Below are positions 24,862-32,093 of a DNA stretch of 64,000 nt, in pieces. Location: the NCBI GenBank assembly GCA_025060555.1, contig JANXBC010000001.1, positions 8,904-72,903 on the forward strand. Direction: 5' to 3'. Below the pieces are notes generated by a model. The model did not search any database. It was not told where the DNA came from and saw only the letters and a program-made list of their open reading frames with translations. Origin of the DNA: Candidatus Bipolaricaulota bacterium (lineage in GTDB: Bacteria > Bipolaricaulota > Bipolaricaulia > Bipolaricaulales > Bipolaricaulaceae). Positions within the stretch are counted from its first letter, which is position 1. The number at the start of each line of letters is the position of its first letter. The position numbers were made by a program, and so were the translations under genes.

Positions 24862-25791
24862 ATGACCCGCAAACTCTTCCTCGGTTTAGTGGCATGGGGC
24901 CTCCTCGCGCTCCCCCTGGGGGCTCAGGACACAGGTTGGCGCAACCCCTCGCAAGACTATGGGGATTTTCGCAATCCCAAAGGGGCGTATTATGACGACA
25001 CGGATTACGCCTGGGCGGAACCCGGCCAAACCCACATCTTCTTTGGTTATGAATTCCTTATCCCGCAAACCGTAGAGATCGTGGGGATCGAGGTGCGTCT
25101 GGATGTTCGGCGCCACCCGGCAGGTGGGCCGTTCGTGGCGTATCTGGATGTGCAGCTTTCCGGGGACAGTGGCGCGACCTGGACGCGGGCCTACACTGCC
25201 GGCCCCATTGAGAGCGATTGGTCGGTCTTTATCCTGGGTGGCCCCACCGATCGGTGGGGAAGGGTCTGGCGTCCCGAGGAATTTGAGCCTTCCACGTTCA
25301 GGGTCCGCCTCACAGCCTGGGCGCCGCGCTGGCCCACGATTTACCTGGATTGGGTGGCTGTGCGCATTTACTACAGCACCGGCCTCACTCTAGAGGTGGC
25401 CCCCAAAACGGTGTCCTTGGGCACGCTCACCCTCGTGGACTACGACCAGGGTTATTTGGACCGTCTGGGAGCCCAGGCCGTAGAGCTCCGCAGTCCGGCC
25501 ACTTGGATCTTGTCCATCGCAGCGGTGCGAGCGGTCTGGAGCTACACCGGAACTCTGCCCGACCCCAAAAAGCCTTGCGGCCACCTCCTCTGGCGGGTGG
25601 AGTATGCCGAGGGCTCCGTGGACGCGGTGGAAAAGGACTTCATCCCCCTTTCCCTTTCAGAGCGGGCGGTGGCCAAGGGCCGAGCAGGCATGGCTAAGGT
25701 CAGCCTGAGCTTCCGCCTCCTTGTGGACTACGACACCACCTGGCCCGGCACCTACTCCCTGGACTTCCGCTACACCCTCACCAGCCCTTAG
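24862..25791 (+). CDS. Locus B two-domain secreted protein: novel N-domain plus subunit-like C-domain (tip-adhesin-like)
   Basis: Signal peptide MTRKLFLGLVAWGLLALPLGAQD. The C-domain segment TVSLGTLTLVDYDQGYLDRLGAQAVELRSPATWILSIAA parallels the 171-aa subunit. Ends YSLDFRYTLTSP. Confidence 0.9.
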   Translation: MTRKLFLGLVAWGLLALPLGAQDTGWRNPSQDYGDFRNPKGAYYDDTDYAWAEPGQTHIFFGYEFLIPQTVEIVGIEVRLDVRRHPAGGPFVAYLDVQLSGDSGATWTRAYTAGPIESDWSVFILGGPTDRWGRVWRPEEFEPSTFRVRLTAWAPRWPTIYLDWVAVRIYYSTGLTLEVAPKTVSLGTLTLVDYDQGYLDRLGAQAVELRSPATWILSIAAVRAVWSYTGTLPDPKKPCGHLLWRVEYAEGSVDAVEKDFIPLSLSERAVAKGRAGMAKVSLSFRLLVDYDTTWPGTYSLDFRYTLTSP

Positions 25792-25832
25792 ACCTTGTGC
25801 CGAAGTTTTCCTTCCCCCAAGATTGCCCTCGT

Positions 25833-26858
25833 ATGAAGCGTGCTTTCCTCCTTAGCTTTTTCTTCGTGGGTTTCCTCGGTGCAGCTTTCGAAGTGAACCT
25901 CCTGGAGGTAGACCTCCAGGCCCGACCTGGCCTAGTCCTTCCCTTCTCGTTCATTGTCAGGAACGAACTCGCTCAGCCTGAGCAGATTGTCCTTTACCTC
26001 GGCGACTGGGACCGCAACGAGTTCGGGGAGAATCAGTTTTACCAACCCGGCACGCTTGCCCGCTCCTCCGCTGCTTGGATCACCGTGGTGCCCACCTCCT
26101 TCGTTCTTGGGGCCGGCGAGGTGCGGGAGATCCAGGGTTCGGTGCAGATCCCTAACGACGCCAAACCCGGTACTTACTGGGCCATGGTATTCGTCCAAGG
26201 TGAGCCCCGCCTTGTCCCGTATGAAGGGGTTATGGTCACTGTGACGCGCCGGATCGGCATCAAGGTTTACATCACGGTTGAGCCCGCGGAGGCGCGCGGT
26301 GAGCTTCGGGGCGTGGAGGTGCGCGGCCTCAATCCGCTTTGGGCCTGGGTGAAGTTTGCCAACACCGGCACCCGGAACCTGCGGGAGGTCCGGGCCACGC
26401 TGCGAGTGGTGGATGTACAGGGCCGTACCGTGGCGGAGGCCAGCGCCGCACCTGTGCCGTGCCTTCCCGGCGCGGAGCGGTGGATCCGGGTGAACACGGA
26501 TTTCCGCCCCTCGCCTGGGGTGTACCAGGTTCTCGCCACCGTGGATTACGGCGGTGAGGCTCTCCTAGGCTTGACCCTGCGTTTGGCCGTTCGTCCCCTC
26601 TCCTTGTTTCCCTTGGGAGAAGGGCTTGGGATCCCTCAAGACCTCGACGGCAACGGGTTCTACGAGGACGTGAACGGCGACAGCCTCTTCAATGAGGTGG
26701 ACGTAGAGGTCTTGAGGGGGAACCTCATGAGCCCGGTCGTGCGTGCCAACCTCCGGGCCTTTGATTTCAACAACGACGGGGTTGTGGACGAGCAAGACGT
26801 AAAAGCTCTAGAAGCTCTCCTCGCAGCCATCCCGGCCAAACTTCCCGCCGGAAGATAA
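25833..26858 (+). CDS. Locus B secreted two-Ig-domain protein (DUF916/DUF3324-like, chaperone-like) with a C-terminal dockerin-like module; alternative GTG start at 25797
   Basis: Signal peptide MKRAFLLSFFFVGFLGAA. Segment AAWITVVPTSFVLGAGEVREIQGSVQIPNDAKPGTYWAMVFV is homologous to the locus A protein. C-terminal motifs DVNGDSLFNEVDVEVL and DFNNDGVVDEQDVKAL. Confidence 0.85.
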   Translation: MKRAFLLSFFFVGFLGAAFEVNLLEVDLQARPGLVLPFSFIVRNELAQPEQIVLYLGDWDRNEFGENQFYQPGTLARSSAAWITVVPTSFVLGAGEVREIQGSVQIPNDAKPGTYWAMVFVQGEPRLVPYEGVMVTVTRRIGIKVYITVEPAEARGELRGVEVRGLNPLWAWVKFANTGTRNLREVRATLRVVDVQGRTVAEASAAPVPCLPGAERWIRVNTDFRPSPGVYQVLATVDYGGEALLGLTLRLAVRPLSLFPLGEGLGIPQDLDGNGFYEDVNGDSLFNEVDVEVLRGNLMSPVVRANLRAFDFNNDGVVDEQDVKALEALLAAIPAKLPAGR

Positions 26859-26903
26859 CAAAGCTCTCCCAGACTTAGGTCCTGCGGTCCCATAATTCCC
26901 CGG

Positions 26904-29762
26904 ATGCGAGTTTTTGTCGGCGTGACCCTCGCGGGGTTTCTCGCCTTAGGGCAGGGCCTGGAACTCCTCCGCCTTTCCCCGCCGGCGAAAGTCCGCCCCG
27001 GTGATTTTGCCGTCCAAGTTTGGCAGATCGCCAATCGCTCCCCTTCGCCTATACAGGCCAAATTGCGCCCAGAGATCCCCGCGGGCTGGGAGATCCTAGG
27101 GCTTCCCGAAGCTCTTTCCCTTGGCCCTGGGGAGGAGGAGTTTCTTTTCCTCACGCTTTACGTTCCGCGCACGGCCAAAAGCGGGGTGCAACCGGTGCGC
27201 ATTCTCCTTCGCTGGGATGGGGAGGAGGTGGTTGCGGAGGCTACGGTGGAGGTGGAAACCGTGGCTGCTCTCATCCTTTCTCCCCCGGCTTCCCAGGCCG
27301 CCCCGCCAGGCGCGTCCCTCACATTTCCGCTCCGCGTGACGAACCGGGGAAATGCCCTGGACCGTGTCACCTTAGAGGTGCGCACCGCCGCGGGCTGGCG
27401 AGTGGAAGTGAGCCCTACTGAGCTTCCCTTGGCCCCTGGCGAGACGGGCGAAGCCCGTGTCACCCTGACCCTTCCTGCGGAGGCCCAGGTGGGACTGGAG
27501 GTAGTCTTGGCTACGGCCCGTTCAAGTCTTGCCCCGGAAGTGGAGGCCCGCACTGCCTGGTACGTGGAGGTCCTTCCCCCTGGGCCGGAGCGCGTCCCCG
27601 TGCAGCTTTACGCAGAATTGGCGATGCAGGGGCTGGCGCGTTTGGCCTACGACTTCCTTTCCGGGACCGGCACCTCGTTTTTGGGTTTCACCGGCCGGGG
27701 GACTGTGCTCGACGGGGCTTTGGAGCTTGCCGCACGCTGGTCCGGCCCTTGGGCCGCCCAGCCCTTCCAACTTTTGGATTTCCAGGCCACCTACGTTACG
27801 GACGCTTTAGAGATGCACGCCGGCCGGGTGGGCTTCGCCTTCGATTCCCTCCTTTCCCCGCTTGGCTTTTGGGGCCTGGGCGCGGAGCTTTCCCTTGGGG
27901 ATGTAAACCTGGCTTTGGGCTCGGGCTGGGAAGGCGAGCGTGGCAGGGCCGGTGGGCGGTTGACGTTGCGCGCCACATGGGGTGAGACGGGCAGTGCCTA
28001 CCGAGAAGAGCGAGGCAGTGATCGGCACAGCCAAGCCGGCACGATTTGGCTCGCCCTCCAGGCCCTAGAAAACGTGCGCTTCCAGGCCGAGGGCGGCGCG
28101 GCCCAGGTGAACGGCCTCACCCGCTTCGCCGGAGAAATGCGCCTCACCTGGGAGATCCCCGAACTTTTCCTCCTCGAGGCCCGCGGGTATGCCGTTGACC
28201 CGGGTTTCCCCGCCCTTTCGCCGGATCGGGTGGGGTTCCTCCTTTCCGGACGTTTGGGCGCGGAGGAGGCCGGCTTCCGTTTCACCTGTGAGTGGCAACG
28301 CGATAACCTCCGTGATCTTTCCCGCACTACACGCGTTTGGCAAGGGGCACAGGCAAGCTGGGATTTCTTTCCCATTGGGTGGCCTTTGCACTTTGGTTTC
28401 GGCCTTTCTTTGCGGCGCGCAGCCGATCTCTCGCTTTCGCCCATGCTGGATGAACGCACGGCCCACGCCGAAGTCATCGCTTCTTTCTCCTACCAAGATT
28501 TCACCCTCGGCGCGCAAGGGACATACACTTATTTTCAAAACCTTGTCTCTGGCTTCGCCTGGACGCGGGTTGAGTCTCGAGAATGGCTGGATCTTCGTTT
28601 TTCCCCGAATGTCTTGGTCTCCGTAGAATTTCGGCAAGCACGCTTTTCTTCTCCGAAAGAGGAAAGGACACAAGATGAGGCGGCATTGGTCCTCTCTGTG
28701 GACGAAAAGCTCCGGCTTTCTTGGGAGTATGGGTGTGCAGGTGGTCTAGCCCGCGCGGAATTCACCTGGGAGCCCGCCGCGGCTTTGACCATAAAGCTTG
28801 GGGCCGAGGCCAACTGGCAAGAAGCTGGACGACCCTTACGCTTCGGGGCCTCTTTGGAATTCACTCATAGCTTTTCTTGGGCTCCGCCTTTCTTGCCCGC
28901 CTTTGGCGTCCTTTCCGGCATAGTTTTTGCCGATTTAAACGGAAACAGCCGCCGTGATCGGGGTGAACCCGGCGTCCCTGGAGCAGTCCTCGCCCTCGAC
29001 GATGTCCAGGTTTCCTCCGGGAAAGACGGGGAATTTCGCTTCCCTGCGCGGGCACCCGGTGTGTACACGTTGCAAGTAGTACACACTCCCGCGGGGTACG
29101 CGGCCCCCCTTCACGAGCTATTGGTTTCTCTCGAGCTTGGGGAAAAGATGGAGATCGCCCTTCCCCTTTTGCCTTTGGCGAGGCTGGACGGCCTAATTTT
29201 TCTTGACGTCAATGCGGATGGGGTCTGGACGCCGGGCGAACAAGGTTTAAGTCGGGCTTATGTGCGCATTGTTCCTTCGGAGGGGAAGGTGCTCGAGGTT
29301 CCTTCCGATAGCCAGGGCCGATTCAGCTGGCCCGAGCTTCTTCCGGGGAAATATCGGGTGGAACTGGTTTTGGAATCCCTTCCTCCGCGTCACGAGCCGA
29401 CCACGCCAGTGGTGGCAGAGCTCGTTTTGCTGCCCGGAGAGAAGAAGAACGTGACTTTTGGCGTACGGGAGCGGCCCCGCCCGGTGGTAGTGATCCAGCC
29501 GCCGTTAGCAGATTTCACCTGGACGCCAAGCATTCCCAAGGCTGGTGAACCCGTGCTCTTCGACGGCACCCTCTCCCAGGCCTTCAACGGCGAAATCGTG
29601 AGCTACGCCTGGGATTTCAACAATGATGGCCACGTTGAGGCAGAAGGTGTGCGAGTAACCTGGGTTTTCCCGGAAGCGGGCTTCTATCTTGTCGCCCTCA
29701 TTGTCACCGACTCCGCTGGCTTCACCGGCCAGACCCAGTACCTTCTCCAAGTTCGCCCCTAA
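26904..29762 (+). CDS. Locus B large protein: signal peptide, NEW3/CARDB-like Ig domains, central beta-barrel-like region, SdrD-B/CarboxypepD_reg-like repeats, C-terminal PKD domain
   Basis: Signal peptide MRVFVGVTLAGFLALGQG. Junction LPPGPERVPV is shared with locus A (LPPPPERVSI). A ~430-aa amphipathic-strand region ends SLEFTHSF. Also VFADLNGNSRRDRGEPG, and PKD motif YAWDFNNDG...TDSAG. Confidence 0.9.
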   Translation: MRVFVGVTLAGFLALGQGLELLRLSPPAKVRPGDFAVQVWQIANRSPSPIQAKLRPEIPAGWEILGLPEALSLGPGEEEFLFLTLYVPRTAKSGVQPVRILLRWDGEEVVAEATVEVETVAALILSPPASQAAPPGASLTFPLRVTNRGNALDRVTLEVRTAAGWRVEVSPTELPLAPGETGEARVTLTLPAEAQVGLEVVLATARSSLAPEVEARTAWYVEVLPPGPERVPVQLYAELAMQGLARLAYDFLSGTGTSFLGFTGRGTVLDGALELAARWSGPWAAQPFQLLDFQATYVTDALEMHAGRVGFAFDSLLSPLGFWGLGAELSLGDVNLALGSGWEGERGRAGGRLTLRATWGETGSAYREERGSDRHSQAGTIWLALQALENVRFQAEGGAAQVNGLTRFAGEMRLTWEIPELFLLEARGYAVDPGFPALSPDRVGFLLSGRLGAEEAGFRFTCEWQRDNLRDLSRTTRVWQGAQASWDFFPIGWPLHFGFGLSLRRAADLSLSPMLDERTAHAEVIASFSYQDFTLGAQGTYTYFQNLVSGFAWTRVESREWLDLRFSPNVLVSVEFRQARFSSPKEERTQDEAALVLSVDEKLRLSWEYGCAGGLARAEFTWEPAAALTIKLGAEANWQEAGRPLRFGASLEFTHSFSWAPPFLPAFGVLSGIVFADLNGNSRRDRGEPGVPGAVLALDDVQVSSGKDGEFRFPARAPGVYTLQVVHTPAGYAAPLHELLVSLELGEKMEIALPLLPLARLDGLIFLDVNADGVWTPGEQGLSRAYVRIVPSEGKVLEVPSDSQGRFSWPELLPGKYRVELVLESLPPRHEPTTPVVAELVLLPGEKKNVTFGVRERPRPVVVIQPPLADFTWTPSIPKAGEPVLFDGTLSQAFNGEIVSYAWDFNNDGHVEAEGVRVTWVFPEAGFYLVALIVTDSAGFTGQTQYLLQVRP

Positions 29763-30679
29763 ACTTTCCCGCCCAGGAGAAGGGCGAGCACGGCTTTTTC
29801 GGCATGCAATCGGTTTTCGGCTTGGTCGAAAATAGCGGAATTCTTGCTCCGGGCAGCTTCATAGGTGATCTCCTCCCCGTAATGGGCGGGCAGGCAGTGC
29901 ATGACGAGGCAATCAGGCTTGGCCAGGGAGAGAAGGTCGAGGTCCACCGTATAGCCCTGAAATTTCTTGCGGCGGATTTCGGCCTCGGCCTCTTGGCCCA
30001 TACTCGTCCAAACGTCGGTGTACAAAACATCTGCGTCCTTCGCGGCTTCCTTGGGCGCATGGAGGATCTCGATCTCTGCCCCCAAAGAGCGAGCTTCACC
30101 TACGATGCGCGGACTAGGTTCATGCCCCATTGGGCAAGCGATGCGGAAGCGGAGCCCAAGTTTAGCGGAGGCTTCGATAAGAGAATTGGCCACATTGTTG
30201 CCGTCACCAATGAAAGCGATGGTCAAGCCTTCAAGCTTGCGCTTCTTTTCCCAAATGGTGAGCATATCCGCCAGGGCTTGGCAGGGATGGAGGAGGTCGG
30301 AAAGCCCGTTGATGACAGGGACGGTGGCGAAGCGTGCCAATTCCTCCACGACCTCGTGAGCAAACACACGCGCCATGATCCCATCCACATAGCGGGAGAG
30401 GTTCAAGGCCACATCCTCCACGCTCTCCCGTTGACCAAGCTTTATGTCCTCCGGGCCGAGGTAAAGGGCATAGCCGCCAAGTTGCCACATCCCCACCTCG
30501 AAGGAGACGCGGGTGCGCAGGGAGGGTTTTTGGAAGATCATGGCCAAGGTTTTTCCTCTTAGGATATGATCGTGTTTTATACCTGCGCGCATTTCTCGCT
30601 TCAGATGAATCCCTAGCTCCAGCACCTCCCATATCTCTTCCTGAGACCACTCAGACAGACCCACAAGATCTCGCTTCAT
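29759..30679 (-). CDS. argF: Ornithine carbamoyltransferase
   Basis: SLRTRVSFE, HPCQ and HCLPA motifs. ATG at 30679 is preceded by AAGGAGGGG. Confidence 0.92.
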   Translation of the reverse strand: MKRDLVGLSEWSQEEIWEVLELGIHLKREMRAGIKHDHILRGKTLAMIFQKPSLRTRVSFEVGMWQLGGYALYLGPEDIKLGQRESVEDVALNLSRYVDGIMARVFAHEVVEELARFATVPVINGLSDLLHPCQALADMLTIWEKKRKLEGLTIAFIGDGNNVANSLIEASAKLGLRFRIACPMGHEPSPRIVGEARSLGAEIEILHAPKEAAKDADVLYTDVWTSMGQEAEAEIRRKKFQGYTVDLDLLSLAKPDCLVMHCLPAHYGEEITYEAARSKNSAIFDQAENRLHAEKAVLALLLGGKV

Positions 30680-30779
30680 CACCCCTCCTTTTTGGGGATG
30701 CCGAAACAATGATAACAAAAGGGGTAGGGAAGACTGCGAGGATTGGGAAAGGACGAGGGGGAAGATAAAATCAGAGACT

Positions 30780-32090
30780 ATGGATAGGGTGAGGGTCAGG
30801 TTTGCTCCGAGTCCTACGGGCTACCTCCATGTGGGCGGGGCAAGGACGGCGCTGTTCAATTGGTTGTTTGCTCGCCATCATGGCGGAACGTTCATTCTGC
30901 GCATCGAGGACACAGACCGCACCCGCTCCACCGATGAGGCGATAGAACAAATAATCGCTTCTATGCGCTGGCTCGGCCTGGATTGGGACGAATTCTACCG
31001 ACAAACTGAGCGTTTTCACCTTCACCGGCGCTACGCTGAGGAGCTTCTTCGCCGCGGTGCCGCCTACGAAGCCGACGGCGCTATCTGGTTCCGCATCCCC
31101 AAAGAAGGCGTAACCATAGTAGATGACCTGATTGCCGGGAAAGTGGAGTTTCAAAACCGTGAATTCAAAGATCTCGTGATCCTTCGTTCTGATGGAACCC
31201 CGACTTACAACTTCGCCTGCGTGGTGGATGACACCGAAATGGGCATCACGCACGTGATCCGCGGGGACGAGCACCTTCCCAACACCCCAAAGCAACTGCA
31301 CATCTACCGGGCTTTGGGTCTTACCCCGCCGAAGTTCGCCCATATCCCCCTCATCCTTGGCCCGGACCGCACGAAGCTTTCCAAGCGCCACGGCGCGGTG
31401 TCCGTGCTGGAATACCGCCGAAAAGGGATCCTCCCTGAGGCGATGGTGAATTTTCTGGCCCGCCTGGGCTGGTCATACGGCGATCAAGAAATTTTCTCGC
31501 GGGAGGAGTTGATTCGCTATTTTGACCTGGGAGGAGTAGGCCAATCCCCAGCGGTGTTCGACGAGCAAAAACTTCTTTGGCTGAACCGCGAATGGATGAG
31601 GAGGGTGGACGTCCCGCAACTCGCGGAAATGGTGAAGGAGTTCCTCGTGGTGGAGGGTATCGCCACAAAGGAAGAGGTGGAGGCCTTACCGAAGTCCCGC
31701 TTCTTCCGTGCTGTGGGACTCTTGCGAGATCGCACCCATACCCTTGTCGAGCTGGCACACAGCGCACGGTTCCTCTTCCCTGGGGAAATGTCAATAGCGA
31801 AGGATTTGGAAGATCTGCTCAAACCCGAGCTTGTCCAACCTTTTTTAGCCATAGCAGCGGCGCTGGATGGGCTCACCGATCCGGAACCAGCGGAGATAGA
31901 GGCCACGGTGCGGAGGGTTTTGGATCAGCTTGGGCTTCCCCTCAAAGCTGTGGCGCTGCCAATGCGGGTGGTTGTCACCGGATCACGGGTCGGGCCTGGC
32001 CTTTTCGAGGTCTTGGCGATGGCTGGGCCGAAGCTTGTGGCTGAGCGGCTGCGTACGATGGCTGCTCATCTTGACGCCAAGAAAGGATAA
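30780..32090 (+). CDS. gltX: Glutamyl-tRNA synthetase
   Basis: RFAPSPTGYLHVGGARTA (HIGH region) and KLSKRHG (KMSKS). Confidence 0.95.
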   Translation: MDRVRVRFAPSPTGYLHVGGARTALFNWLFARHHGGTFILRIEDTDRTRSTDEAIEQIIASMRWLGLDWDEFYRQTERFHLHRRYAEELLRRGAAYEADGAIWFRIPKEGVTIVDDLIAGKVEFQNREFKDLVILRSDGTPTYNFACVVDDTEMGITHVIRGDEHLPNTPKQLHIYRALGLTPPKFAHIPLILGPDRTKLSKRHGAVSVLEYRRKGILPEAMVNFLARLGWSYGDQEIFSREELIRYFDLGGVGQSPAVFDEQKLLWLNREWMRRVDVPQLAEMVKEFLVVEGIATKEEVEALPKSRFFRAVGLLRDRTHTLVELAHSARFLFPGEMSIAKDLEDLLKPELVQPFLAIAAALDGLTDPEPAEIEATVRRVLDQLGLPLKAVALPMRVVVTGSRVGPGLFEVLAMAGPKLVAERLRTMAAHLDAKKG

Positions 32091-32093
32091 TAT

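Noticed and set aside
29804-30562. 252-aa plus-strand ORF opposite argF.
   Set aside because: It is antisense to an unambiguous ornithine carbamoyltransferase, and I see no motifs in it.
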